From: Terriglobia bacterium
Lineage (GTDB): Bacteria > Acidobacteriota > Polarisedimenticolia > Polarisedimenticolales > JAIQFR01
Length of the DNA stretch: 64,000 nt
NCBI GenBank assembly: GCA_963748015.1
Contig: CAVVHE010000004.1
Location: forward strand, 288,001 to 352,000
Direction of reading: 5' to 3'
Below, in pieces: positions 19,796-29,515 of the stretch (the first letter of the stretch is position 1; each line of letters starts with the position of its first letter). The notes below the pieces were generated by a model, which did no database searches, had not been told where the DNA came from, and saw nothing but the letters and a program-made list of their open reading frames with translations. The position numbers and the translations under genes were made by a program.

Positions 19796-21811
19796 TTACT
19801 TCCCGTACCCCGCCAGGATGGAGAGGTTGAACCGCGCGCACAGCTTCGCGTCGCGCAGGAAGTTGAACGCGAGCGCGAACGGGTTGATCTGGAACACCCG
19901 GCCGTGCCGGAGCTTGTCGTAGGTTTGCGTCCAGTACGCGTTCAGGTGGGCTCGCGTAGGCGTTCGCACGGCGAACGGGTCGAGCCGCTTCAGCGCGCGC
20001 TTCCATGCGTTGCCGGCGCCGGAGCGGGCCCCGGAGACGCCTCGGCCGAGGGCCTGTCCCGCGCGCGTCCGGGTCTCGCCGAGCCGGTCCTTCGCGTCCT
20101 CGTACTTCTTCTTCAGGCCGTCGAGACTCGCCTGGAACTGCGCGCGTCCCCGCGTGGCGAGCCACACCTCCTGCAGCTCGAAGTAGAGGCTCCTCATGCG
20201 CCGGGCCCATTCGGCCGTCTCCCGGATTCGGCGCGCAGCGTGGCGCCACCTGGGCTCCACCGCGCGGCCCGGACGACGATCGGCGCGGGTCTTGAGCCGG
20301 AAGAACCCGCAGATCATCGGGTGCGTCTCCTCGACGAGCAAGGCGTAGCGGTACCAGGCGAAGTTCTTGAAGAGTCCCCAGTAGGTGCGCACGTTCGCGC
20401 GGGACAAGATGGCTTTCATGCCGTCGATCGAGTAGAAGTCGCGCCACGCCGCCCGGTAGGCTTCGAGCCACTCCGCCGCCGTCATGCGCGGGTGGAGCGT
20501 CACGGGCTGGAACGAGTCGAACCGGTTGTAGTCGCCGTCCATCCACGCGCCCTTCTGCGCCAGGTCGCGGTGGTCCTCCGAGCCGGGAATGGGCGTCAGG
20601 ACGAAGAACGACGCCTGGTCCACCTGGATCTCGTCCCGGAGCCGGCGGACCTCCTCGTCCACGGACGCCGGGGTGTCGTGCGGGAAGCCGATGATGTACC
20701 CGACGTGGCACGCGATGCCCTGCTCGTGCCACGCGTCGATCATCGCGCGGTAGTCCTCGACGCGGTTCTGACGCTTGCCGGCGGCGGCGAGGTTCTCCTG
20801 GTTCAGCGTCTCCATGCCGATGAAGACCTGGGTGCATCCCGCCTCCGCCGCCTTCGCGACGAACCCGGGGATGCGGTAGGCGAGCACGTCCACCTGCATC
20901 ATGAACTGGAAGTCGATCCGCTCGGTCCGGCGCAGCTCGATCAGTCCGTCGAGGACCGGCTCCCACGCCGGGTTCCTCGCGAAGTTGTCGTCGGTGAAGA
21001 AGTAGTAGTCGATTCCCGACCCCGCGTTCCGGCGGATCCGATCGAGGATCACGTCCGGCTCCCGGTACCGCATCTCGCGCCCCTGGACGTTGATGATCGT
21101 GCAGAAAGTGCATCGGTAGGGGCACCCGCGGCCGGCGTCGATCGTTCCCATGAACGGGTAGGCGTAACGCCGAAGGAGCCTGGGGTCCACGAAGGGAACG
21201 CTCGCCCTCGACAGGTCGGGCGGAGTTTTCACCTCGTAGAAGCCGCGGAGCTCGCCGTGGAGCGCGTCGCGCAGGAGGTCTCCCCAGCACGCCTCGACCT
21301 CGCCCTTGACCAGCGTGATCCCGTCGTCGAGGAGCGACTGGCACTCGGGCGGCATGATCCCGCCGGCGGTCGCGATGGAGCCCGAGACGTGGAAGCCGCC
21401 GATCATCACGGGCAGCCCGGCGGCGCGGAACCGGCGGGCGAGGTCGGCGGCGCGGGGGAACTGGTTCGTCTGCACGCCGCAGAGCGCCACGACCGCGCGG
21501 GCGTGCGAGTGAAGGGACCGTCGGGCCAACGCCTCCACGTCCACGCGCTGCACGCCGTCGTCGAGCAGGACCGTCTCGATCTCCACGGGGCCGAGGTCGC
21601 CGCGCGTCGCGACCTCCTCGGTGAGGGACGCGAGCGCCGCGAGGGTGTTGCTGGGCAGGACGCCGCGAACGAACCGGACGACGTACCCCTCCTCGTCGTA
21701 CTTGCTCGGCTTGACGAGAATCACGGTCAGCGAGCGCACGCCGGGAGGAGGTGGCACGCCGCGGGGAACGACGCCGGCGGCGAGAGACTGAGCGGAGTAA
21801 TGCGACGTCAT
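19796..21811 (-). CDS. Radical SAM protein with B12-binding-like N-terminal domain
   Basis: GRGCPYRCTFC, FTDDNF, GGFHVSG and YIIGFP motifs; long C-terminal extension. Confidence 0.88.
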   Translation of the reverse strand: MTSHYSAQSLAAGVVPRGVPPPPGVRSLTVILVKPSKYDEEGYVVRFVRGVLPSNTLAALASLTEEVATRGDLGPVEIETVLLDDGVQRVDVEALARRSLHSHARAVVALCGVQTNQFPRAADLARRFRAAGLPVMIGGFHVSGSIATAGGIMPPECQSLLDDGITLVKGEVEACWGDLLRDALHGELRGFYEVKTPPDLSRASVPFVDPRLLRRYAYPFMGTIDAGRGCPYRCTFCTIINVQGREMRYREPDVILDRIRRNAGSGIDYYFFTDDNFARNPAWEPVLDGLIELRRTERIDFQFMMQVDVLAYRIPGFVAKAAEAGCTQVFIGMETLNQENLAAAGKRQNRVEDYRAMIDAWHEQGIACHVGYIIGFPHDTPASVDEEVRRLRDEIQVDQASFFVLTPIPGSEDHRDLAQKGAWMDGDYNRFDSFQPVTLHPRMTAAEWLEAYRAAWRDFYSIDGMKAILSRANVRTYWGLFKNFAWYRYALLVEETHPMICGFFRLKTRADRRPGRAVEPRWRHAARRIRETAEWARRMRSLYFELQEVWLATRGRAQFQASLDGLKKKYEDAKDRLGETRTRAGQALGRGVSGARSGAGNAWKRALKRLDPFAVRTPTRAHLNAYWTQTYDKLRHGRVFQINPFALAFNFLRDAKLCARFNLSILAGYGK

Positions 21812-22011
21812 GGTGGGCCCCTCCTTACTCCAGCGAGCCAAGGCACTCGGAGGAGGCCCGGCACGACTAGTTCAGCACACCGGGGGAGCGAAAGCAAGGA
21901 GGGCTTTTCCGCGCCCGGCGCCGGGATTCGAGACCGCGGCGCGTGCGGCTGATACACTACCTCCCTGGCTGGACGCTTCCGCCGCGGCATCGCCGGGATG
22001 AAGGGGCCGGA

Positions 22012-22563
22012 ATGGCTCGAGGCCGATCCCGATCGCGCTTCACCGCCGTGCTGCTGCTCGTGCCGCTCGCGGCCGTGGCCGGCTGGCTCGCCCACGGCAT
22101 CCTGAATCCCGCTCCAGCGCCGGCAGGGCTCTCGCCGGTCGTCCCCGCTCCCGCCCCGTCGCCATCCTCGCCCATGCTCCCGGGACTCCCCGAGCCGCTG
22201 GAAGATCTCCCCGCCGACCGCCTTCACGAGCGCGTGGACGGCGCCGAGGACTATCTCCGCGCGCAGGGTTGCGTGAGGATGCTCGCGTGGGAGCTCGCGG
22301 AGCCGAAGGGCACTCTCGAGGTCCTGCTCTTCTCGTCGCCCGAGGGGGCGGGCAGGGTGCTCGCTCACGATGCGGGACCGAAGCGGACGGCGGGGCCGGG
22401 CGACGAGGCGTCGGCCGACTCGCAGGGCGTGCTGTTCCGCCGGGGCAAGGCCTACGTCAGGCTGATCGCCGACCCGGACGCGGCCGCCGAGCCCGCGCGG
22501 CTGCTAGGGGAGGCGGCGAAGGTGGACCGCGCCATCCTCGACGGGATGGGGAGGGGACTGTGA
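22012..22563 (+). CDS. Secreted/anchored hypothetical protein (DUF6599-like)
   Basis: N-terminal hydrophobic helix; LHERVDGAEDYL and FRRGKAYVRL resemble DUF6599; first gene of an overlapping operon. Confidence 0.6.
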   Translation: MARGRSRSRFTAVLLLVPLAAVAGWLAHGILNPAPAPAGLSPVVPAPAPSPSSPMLPGLPEPLEDLPADRLHERVDGAEDYLRAQGCVRMLAWELAEPKGTLEVLLFSSPEGAGRVLAHDAGPKRTAGPGDEASADSQGVLFRRGKAYVRLIADPDAAAEPARLLGEAAKVDRAILDGMGRGL

Positions 22564-23537
22564 GCGATCCTCGTCCGCGACGCGAGATCCTGCGGAGGCT
22601 CGGGCAGGCCGGGATCGTCGTCGGGGCCGCGGGGGTGGCCGGGGCGCTCGGGCTCCTGTCCCCGGGACGCTGGCGCGCCGAGAAGGTCGCGAAGGCGCCT
22701 CCCGACCGGAGAGTGCCGGCCGTCGCGGGGAAGCCCCCGATCGCCGTCGCCCGCGGCGGCGCCGTCGCCGCGGCCGTGCGCGCCGCGGTGGACGAGGTGG
22801 GCGGGATCTCGCGCTTCGTGAAGCCGGGAGAGACCGTGCTGGTCAAGCCCAACATGGGGTGGGACCGCACGCCCGAGCAGGGGGCGAACACGCACCCCGA
22901 GGTCGTCGCCGAGGTGGTGCGGCTCTGTCTCGAGGCGCGGGCCGCTCGGGTGATCGTGGCCGACGTGCCGGTGCACGACGCGGCGCGCGCCGCCGAGCGA
23001 TCGGGGATCGCCGCCGCGGCGCGGCGCGCCGGTGCCGAGCTGCAGATCCCTCCCGGCGCAGGATTCGTGCTGGCGACGATCGGCGGGGCCGTTCTCGACA
23101 CGTGGGAGGTGTTCGCGCCGGTCCTCGCGGCCGATCGACTGATCAATCTGCCCGTGGTGAAGGACCACGCCCTGACCCGCCTGACCTGCGGCCTCAAGAA
23201 CGGCTACGGCCTCCTGGGCGGGACGCGGGCGCGCCTCCACCAGCAGATCTCGGCCTCGATCGTGGATCTCGCGGCGGCCTTCCGGCCGACGCTCACGGTC
23301 GTCGATGCCACCCGGATCATGTTTCGGGGGGGGCCCACGGGAGGGCGCCTCGACGACGTGAAGCAGGTGGGTGCGATCGCGGCGGGGACCGATCCCGTGG
23401 CCCTCGACGCGTGGGGCGCCGCGCTCCTCGGTCTCGACCCGAGGGAGATCCCCCACGTCGCCAAGGCGGAGGCGCACGGATTGGGCTCGATCGCCGCCGG
23501 GACGGGTCCCGTGAGGGAGATCCATGCCGGGGCTTGA
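22560..23537 (+). CDS. DUF362 domain protein with Tat-like signal
   Basis: VLVKPN...NTHP, INLPVVKDH, LKNGYG and DPVALD motifs. The leader is RREILRRLG followed by a hydrophobic stretch. Confidence 0.88.
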   Translation: MSDPRPRREILRRLGQAGIVVGAAGVAGALGLLSPGRWRAEKVAKAPPDRRVPAVAGKPPIAVARGGAVAAAVRAAVDEVGGISRFVKPGETVLVKPNMGWDRTPEQGANTHPEVVAEVVRLCLEARAARVIVADVPVHDAARAAERSGIAAAARRAGAELQIPPGAGFVLATIGGAVLDTWEVFAPVLAADRLINLPVVKDHALTRLTCGLKNGYGLLGGTRARLHQQISASIVDLAAAFRPTLTVVDATRIMFRGGPTGGRLDDVKQVGAIAAGTDPVALDAWGAALLGLDPREIPHVAKAEAHGLGSIAAGTGPVREIHAGA

Positions 23538-25101
23538 CGTCCTAGCACCGGAGAACCCCGGGCGGCGGCACGAGCGCTCCGCGTACGCGCCGAGAGCCGC
23601 GCGGGCGATCTACCAGGGGTTCTTCCTCGTCGTCTTCCTGCTCGGGCTGTGGGCGATGACCGACGAGGGGATCCGCCGCTTCCCGGTGAGGTGGATCTTC
23701 CACCTCGACGTCCTCTCCGCCGCCGGGATGCTCGCGTCGTCGTGGATTCTCCCCGCGGGGCTGCTGTGGGCGCTCGTCGTCGTCGCGCTCACCGTCCTGC
23801 TCGGGCGGGCGTTCTGCGGCTGGGTGTGCCCGGTCGGCACGCTGCACCACATCGCGTCCTGGGCGACCCGGAAGGCCCGGCGCGGTCCGCCGATCGTGGC
23901 CAACCGGTGGAGGCCGCACTTCCGGCTCAAGTACCTGCTGCTGATCGCGGCGCTCGTCGCGGCGGCCGCCGGAAGCCTCCTGTCGGGACTCCTCGATCCC
24001 CTCTCGCTCGCCGCGCGCTCGATCGGGTCGGCGCTCTCCTCGGCGCTCCACGCGTTCCTCCCGCTCGGCGGCTTCCGGGCGAGGATCTTCGAGGGGGCCT
24101 GGCTCACCGGAGCGATCTTCGTCGCGCTGCTCGTCCTGAACCGGTGGATCGCGCGGTGGTGGTGCCGGGCGCTCTGCCCGCTCGGCGCGCTGCTCGGCTG
24201 GGTTTCCCGCGCCGCGATCTTCCGCATCGAGGTGGATGGGGAGATCTGCACCCACTGCAACCGGTGCGCCGCCGACTGCCAAGGGGCGGACGAGCCGTTC
24301 GCGAAGCACCGCGTCTCGGAATGTCACGTCTGCCTCAACTGCATCGACGCCTGCCCGGAGGGGGCGATCGCGTTCCGCGCGTTCGCTCCCGCGGCGGCAC
24401 CGTCGGGGGGGGTGGATCTCGGGCGCCGGCAGATCCTGGGCGCGGCGCTCGCGGGGGCCGCCCTCGTCCCGCTCTCCCGCGCTTCCGCCGGATCGGCCTC
24501 GTCCCCCGGGCCGCTGGCGATCCGGCCCCCGGGGGCCTGCCCCGAGGAGGAGTTCCTCGCGCGCTGCGTCCGCTGCGGCGCTTGCGTCAACGCCTGCCCG
24601 ACCACCGCGCTCCAGCCCTCGATGGGCGAGGCCGGGATCGAAGCGGTGTACACGCCGGTCCTGGTTCCGCGACGCGGGTGGTGCGAGCCGAGCTGCACCC
24701 TGTGCGGCCACGTCTGCCCGACCGGTGCCATTCGTCCCCTCGGCCCGGACGAGAAGGGATGGACGAGGCCCGAGGCCGAGGGGATTCGCATCGGGACCGC
24801 CTTCTTCGATCTCGGCCGGTGCCTCCCCTGGGGAGCGAACATCCCGTGCATCGTGTGCCAGGAGGTTTGCCCGACGAGCCCGAAGGCGATCTGGCTCGAG
24901 GCGGCCGAGGTCCCCGGCCGCGACGGCGTGCCGGTGAAGCTGCAGCGTCCCCACATGGACCCGTCGCGCTGCGTGGGGTGCGGCCTCTGCGAGGCGAAGT
25001 GCCCGGTCAACGACCTCGCGGCGGTCCGCGTCACCCGGGTCGGCGAGTCGCGCTCCCGCGGCTCGGCCTTCACCCTCCGCCCCGCGGGGAGGCCGTCTTG
25101 A
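23524..25101 (+). CDS. Membrane polyferredoxin (NapH/MauN-like + NapG/MauM-like fusion)
   Basis: GRAFCGWVCP, WCRALCPLG, multiple CxxCxxC motifs, internal GRRQIL twin-arginine helix, and IRPPGA...FLARCVRCGAC. Confidence 0.9.
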   Translation: MPGLDVLAPENPGRRHERSAYAPRAARAIYQGFFLVVFLLGLWAMTDEGIRRFPVRWIFHLDVLSAAGMLASSWILPAGLLWALVVVALTVLLGRAFCGWVCPVGTLHHIASWATRKARRGPPIVANRWRPHFRLKYLLLIAALVAAAAGSLLSGLLDPLSLAARSIGSALSSALHAFLPLGGFRARIFEGAWLTGAIFVALLVLNRWIARWWCRALCPLGALLGWVSRAAIFRIEVDGEICTHCNRCAADCQGADEPFAKHRVSECHVCLNCIDACPEGAIAFRAFAPAAAPSGGVDLGRRQILGAALAGAALVPLSRASAGSASSPGPLAIRPPGACPEEEFLARCVRCGACVNACPTTALQPSMGEAGIEAVYTPVLVPRRGWCEPSCTLCGHVCPTGAIRPLGPDEKGWTRPEAEGIRIGTAFFDLGRCLPWGANIPCIVCQEVCPTSPKAIWLEAAEVPGRDGVPVKLQRPHMDPSRCVGCGLCEAKCPVNDLAAVRVTRVGESRSRGSAFTLRPAGRPS

Positions 25102-26702
25102 GGATCGTCCGGTGCGTGCTCGCCGCCCTGCTCGCCGCCGCGGCGCTCCCGTGGGGCCCGCCGGCCCAGGCGCGCGTCCGGCCGTCCGCGATCGCCGGGG
25201 ACTGGTACCCCGGCGACCGGGCGCTCGCGAGCGTCGAGATCGAGCAACTTCTGCTGGACGCGGCCTCTGCCCCGGTCCTGCCGGCGAAGCCCGCGGCGAT
25301 TCTCGTCCCGCACGCGGGGTGGCGCTGGTCCGGCCCCGTCGCCGCCGCCGCCTTCCGCACCCTCCACCGCGGCGACTTCACCCGGGTCGTCGTCCTCGGT
25401 CCGTCCCACCACGCGGCCTTCGAGGGGTTCTCGGTCACCGACGCGGAGGCGTACGAGACGCCGCTCGGAACCGTTCCGATCTGCCGCGAGGCGTTGGACG
25501 CCCTGCGCGACGGGAAGCTGGTCCGAACGGTGGCCGGGGCGGAGGATCGCGAGCACAGCCTGGAGATCGAGCTGCCGTTCCTCCAGAAGACGCTCGGCTC
25601 GTTCTGCCTGGTGCCGGTCGTGGTGGGGGAAACGACGGCGGAGAGCCAGAAGACGATGGCCGGAAAGCTCGCGGGCCTGCGCGACGGGAAGACGCTGTTC
25701 GTGTTCTCGAGCGACTTCACCCACTACGGGCCGCGCTACGGCTACGCGCCGTTCGGACCTTCCGGCCGCGCGGCCGGCAACGAGATCCGCGCCCAGAACG
25801 ATCGCGCGATCGGCTTCATCCTGAAGAAGGACGCGGCCGGGTTCCGGAAGTTCCTCGACGAGACCGGCGACACCATCTGCGGCCGGAACGGCATCGGGGT
25901 GCTGCTCGAGCTGCTGCCGAGGATCTCGCCGAAGGCCGAGCCGGTTCTCCTCGCGCGCTACGCTTCCCTCGACATTCCTCGCGTCGAAGGGGACGACTCC
26001 GTCACCTACGTCGCGATCGCGTTCGCGGAGGGGAGGCCGCCGGCGGGCAAGCCGATGGAGAAGCCGCCGGTCCGCGAGTCCTGCTCCCCGGATTCTCCCC
26101 CCTTCGAGGAGGCGTTCGGGCGGCAGCTCGTGAGGCTGGCGCGAGCCACGATCGAGACGCAGCTCCTGGGGACCGACGCCATGGACGTGGCGCTGGCCGC
26201 GTTGCCGCGGGGCCGGCGGGACCTCGATCTTCTCCGGGGGGTGTTCGTCACGCTGAACCGGACGGATCCCGCGGAGATCGAGCGGCTCGGAAAGCTGCGC
26301 GGGTGCGTGGGCCAGATCTTCCCGGTGCTCCCGCTCCGCCAGGCGGTCGCCTACGCCGCCGTGAGCGCGGCGATCCACGACGGCCGGTTCCCGACGGTCG
26401 AGCCCGCCGAGCTCGGGAAGCTCGAGGTGGAGTTGACGCTCCTCTCCCCTCCGAAGACGGTCGCGTCGTGGAAGGAGATCAAGCTCGGCACGCACGGGAT
26501 CGTGATCGAGAAGTCCGGCCGGCGCGCCGTGTTCCTCCCGCAGGTTCCCGGGGAGGAGGGTTGGACGATCGAGGAGACGCTCGGGCACCTGTCGCGCAAG
26601 GCGGGACTGCCCGCCGACGCGTGGAAGGACGGTGCGGCGTTCTCCGTTTTCACCGGGCAGATTTTTCACGAGCGGCAGGAGGCGGGCCGGCCCGGCAAGT
26701 GA
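25098..26702 (+). CDS. AmmeMemoRadiSam protein B (MEMO1-like) + protein A (AMMECR1) fusion with signal peptide
   Basis: MEMO motifs: AGDWYP, VPHAG, GPSH, EHSLEIELPFLQ, SSDFTHYG, TICG. AMMECR1 motifs: GVFVTL, LRGCVG, DGRF, FLPQV, KAGL. TTG start overlaps the upstream stop; AQA cleavage site. Confidence 0.9.
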   Translation: MRIVRCVLAALLAAAALPWGPPAQARVRPSAIAGDWYPGDRALASVEIEQLLLDAASAPVLPAKPAAILVPHAGWRWSGPVAAAAFRTLHRGDFTRVVVLGPSHHAAFEGFSVTDAEAYETPLGTVPICREALDALRDGKLVRTVAGAEDREHSLEIELPFLQKTLGSFCLVPVVVGETTAESQKTMAGKLAGLRDGKTLFVFSSDFTHYGPRYGYAPFGPSGRAAGNEIRAQNDRAIGFILKKDAAGFRKFLDETGDTICGRNGIGVLLELLPRISPKAEPVLLARYASLDIPRVEGDDSVTYVAIAFAEGRPPAGKPMEKPPVRESCSPDSPPFEEAFGRQLVRLARATIETQLLGTDAMDVALAALPRGRRDLDLLRGVFVTLNRTDPAEIERLGKLRGCVGQIFPVLPLRQAVAYAAVSAAIHDGRFPTVEPAELGKLEVELTLLSPPKTVASWKEIKLGTHGIVIEKSGRRAVFLPQVPGEEGWTIEETLGHLSRKAGLPADAWKDGAAFSVFTGQIFHERQEAGRPGK

Positions 26703-26741
26703 GACATTCGCCGCGACACCACCGCGAGAGGAGGCAAAGGG

Positions 26742-27608
26742 ATGGACGTGACGACCGTCGGAGCGCAGATCGAGGAGGCGATCCTTCGAGCCTCGATCAT
26801 GATTCCAAGGGACGTGGAGGACGCGCTCGCGCGCGCGGCGCAGAGGGAGGAGACCGACATCGCGCGCTCGCAGATGAAGGCGGTCCTCGAGGACGTGCAG
26901 ATCGCCCGGGACGAGAGGCGGCCGATCTGCCAGGACACGGGAATCGTGTCGTTCTACGTGACCGCGGGGTACGACTTCCCCCACACCGCCGCGATCGTGC
27001 GCCAGCTCGGCCGGAATCTCGTGAAGGCCACGAACGAGATCCCGCTGCGCCCCAACACCACCCATCCGCTCACCGGCTCGAACCCGGGGGACAACACCGG
27101 GCCGCACATGCCGATGGTGGACGTGATGTTCGCCGAGGGCGACACGCTGACGATCGACGTCCTGCCCAAGGGGGGCGGGAGCGAGAACCAGTCGTTCCTC
27201 TGGATGCTCACCCCCACCGAGGGGATCAAGGGGTTCAGGAAGCGGCTCGTGGACCACATCCAGAAGGCGGGGGGCAAGCCCTGCCCGCCGTTGATCCTGG
27301 GGATCGGCCTCGGCTCTCCGGCGGACTTGGCGCTCCGGCTCGCGAAGCGCGCGCTCGCGCGGCCGCTCGGCAAGCACCACCCCGAGAAGGCGATCGCGGA
27401 CCTCGAGGCCGCGATCGCGGACGATCTCAACGACCTCGGCGTCGGGCCGATGGGGCTCGGCGGCGTCACGACCGTCCTCGACGTGCACGTCGAGTACACC
27501 TACCGGCATCCGGCGTCCTACCCGGTCGCCCTGGCCGTCCAGTGCTGGGCGGACCGGCGGGCACGGGTGATCGTGAACAAGAACCTCGACGTCAGGGTCG
27601 AGCAGTAG
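26742..27608 (+). CDS. Class I fumarate hydratase / L-tartrate dehydratase alpha subunit
   Basis: PICQDTG, PLRPN, KGGGSEN, CPP and CWADR motifs. Confidence 0.92.
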   Translation: MDVTTVGAQIEEAILRASIMIPRDVEDALARAAQREETDIARSQMKAVLEDVQIARDERRPICQDTGIVSFYVTAGYDFPHTAAIVRQLGRNLVKATNEIPLRPNTTHPLTGSNPGDNTGPHMPMVDVMFAEGDTLTIDVLPKGGGSENQSFLWMLTPTEGIKGFRKRLVDHIQKAGGKPCPPLILGIGLGSPADLALRLAKRALARPLGKHHPEKAIADLEAAIADDLNDLGVGPMGLGGVTTVLDVHVEYTYRHPASYPVALAVQCWADRRARVIVNKNLDVRVEQ

Positions 27609-27617
27609 GGGGCGGAG

Positions 27618-28199
27618 ATGGAATACACGCTCAAGACGCCGGTCTCGGACGCCGAGATCGAGAAGCTGCGGGCAGGGGACGTCGTCTATCTCGAGGGGAC
27701 CCTCTTCACCGCCCGCGACGAGGCGCACATGCACCTCTTGGAGCACGGGGTCGAGGGATTCGACCCGCGCGGCCTCGCGCTCTACCACTGCGGGCCCGTG
27801 ATGAAGCAGGTGAAGGGGGAGTGGCAGGCGGTGGCGGCGGGGCCGACCACGAGCGCGCGCATGGACTCGCTCGAGGCGCGCTTCCTCGAGAAGTTCGGAG
27901 CCAAGGTGATCGTCGGGAAGGGGAGCATGGGCTCCAAGACCCGCGACGCGCTGGTCAAGTACAAGGCGGTGTTCACCAATTTCACCGGGGGCGCCGGCGC
28001 GCTGGCCGCGAAGTCGCTGCCGCGCGTGAAGACGGTGCACCTGCTGAAGGAGCTGGGGATGGCCGAGGCGGTCTGGGTCTTCGAGACCGACCGGTTCGGA
28101 CCGCTGATCGTGACCATGGATTCGCACGGGAGGTCGCTGCACGACGAGATCGACGAGGCGACGCGCTCGCGGGCCGAGGAGATCAAGGCCCGTATCTGA
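27618..28199 (+). CDS. Class I fumarate hydratase / L-tartrate dehydratase beta subunit
   Basis: TARDEAH, YHCGP, GPTTSARM, VGKG and LGMAEA motifs. Confidence 0.92.
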   Translation: MEYTLKTPVSDAEIEKLRAGDVVYLEGTLFTARDEAHMHLLEHGVEGFDPRGLALYHCGPVMKQVKGEWQAVAAGPTTSARMDSLEARFLEKFGAKVIVGKGSMGSKTRDALVKYKAVFTNFTGGAGALAAKSLPRVKTVHLLKELGMAEAVWVFETDRFGPLIVTMDSHGRSLHDEIDEATRSRAEEIKARI

Positions 28200-28251
28200 C
28201 GCTCCGTGTGCGCGGGAGTTTTTTTCGGCGTACGCTCGTGGTTGGGCGGGG

Positions 28252-28407
28252 GCGGGGCTCGCATGGGCGGGAGTCCCTCGCCGGGCACGCTCGCCGGTGC
28301 GCGTCTTGCCGCGCCGGCTCGCTCCTGTGAAGCGCACGCCCGCCAGGGAATAGCGGGCGCGCGCTTCACAGGGCCCGGCGAGGGACTCCCGCCCATGCGA
28401 GCCCCGC
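28252..28407. repeat. 156-bp element with perfect 35-bp terminal inverted repeats and an internal hairpin (MITE/REPIN-like)
   Basis: 28252-28286 is the exact reverse complement of 28373-28407. Internal stem 28324-28343/28353-28372 pairs 19 of 20 positions. Confidence 0.85.
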
Positions 28408-28510
28408 GTGGTCCAGGGCCGCCGGGACTCTAAGCGGTCCGAAGAGGGACCACGGGGCACACCGCTCGCCAGTAGGCGGCGCTTCGCGCACGGCGAAGGA
28501 GAATACGCGC

Positions 28511-29515
28511 ATGGCGATCGATAGGGAACGGCGGAAGGTGATGCGGGCGCTGGTGGCGGGGGCGATCGGCCTCGCGGCGGCGCCGGCGCTCGCGGCGAAG
28601 GAGGGGGGCGGGGGTGACAAGGGCCCCGCGCCGGCGCCGAAGGGGCTCGTCGCGCGGGGGAAGCGCGAGGGGATCCTGGGCGAGAGGGGAGCGTCCGACG
28701 AGGCGAAGCTCGAGGATGCCCTGGGGAAGGCGGTGGCGCGCGCGGCGGGGGAGAAGGGGCCCGTCGAGGCGATGCGGCGCCTGTTCAAGCCCGCGGACGT
28801 GGTCGGGATCAAGCTGAACTGCATCGCCGGGAAAGGTCTTTCGCCCGATCCCAAGCTGGTCGGGTTCCTCGGGCGGTGGCTCGTGGCGGCGGGTCTGCCG
28901 CCGCGCAACGTGGTGCTCTGGGAGCGCACGGACCGGGAGCTGACCAAGGCGGGGTTCGCGATCCAGAGGGAAGGGAGCGCGATCCGGTGCTTCGGCACCA
29001 ACGAGGACTACGAGAAGACCCCGAGGGAGTGGGGGGCGGGCGGGTCCTGCTTCGCGCGCGTGCTCGCGGAGGAGTTCACGGCGCTGATCAACGTCGGTGT
29101 CCTCAAGGACCACGACCTCGCGGGGGTCTCGGTCGGGCTCAAGAACTGGTACGGCTCGATCCACAACCCGAACAAGCACCACGACGACGGCTGCAACCCG
29201 TACATCGCCCACCTCGCGGCGTTCCCGCTCATCCGCGACAAGCTGCGCCTGACCGTGATCGACGCGATGGCCCCGCAGTGCCATGGGGGACCTGCGCGGC
29301 AGCCGCGCTGGTCGTGGCCGTATCACGCCGTGCTCGCCTCGACGGACCCGGTCGCGATCGACGCGTTCGGCTGGAGCGTCATCGAGGCCCGCCGCAAGGA
29401 GGTCGGCCTCGATCCCCTGGCGAAGGAGAAGCGCGAGCCCCGGTACATCGCCGACGCGGCGAAGCTCGGCCTCGGCGAGGCCGAGCTCGCGAGGATCCGG
29501 GTGGAGGACGTGTGA
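28511..29515 (+). CDS. Second DUF362 domain protein with Tat signal
   Basis: ERRKVMR + h-region + ALA leader; VGIKLNC, LKDH, LKNWYG and STDPVAID motifs. Confidence 0.88.
   Translation: MAIDRERRKVMRALVAGAIGLAAAPALAAKEGGGGDKGPAPAPKGLVARGKREGILGERGASDEAKLEDALGKAVARAAGEKGPVEAMRRLFKPADVVGIKLNCIAGKGLSPDPKLVGFLGRWLVAAGLPPRNVVLWERTDRELTKAGFAIQREGSAIRCFGTNEDYEKTPREWGAGGSCFARVLAEEFTALINVGVLKDHDLAGVSVGLKNWYGSIHNPNKHHDDGCNPYIAHLAAFPLIRDKLRLTVIDAMAPQCHGGPARQPRWSWPYHAVLASTDPVAIDAFGWSVIEARRKEVGLDPLAKEKREPRYIADAAKLGLGEAELARIRVEDV

Noticed and set aside
24324..28460. 1378-aa minus-strand ORF, and similar ORFs at 43384-46827, 59829-62744 and 324-2693
   Set aside because: These are antisense to well-supported genes, Arg/Pro/Gly-rich and lack motifs.
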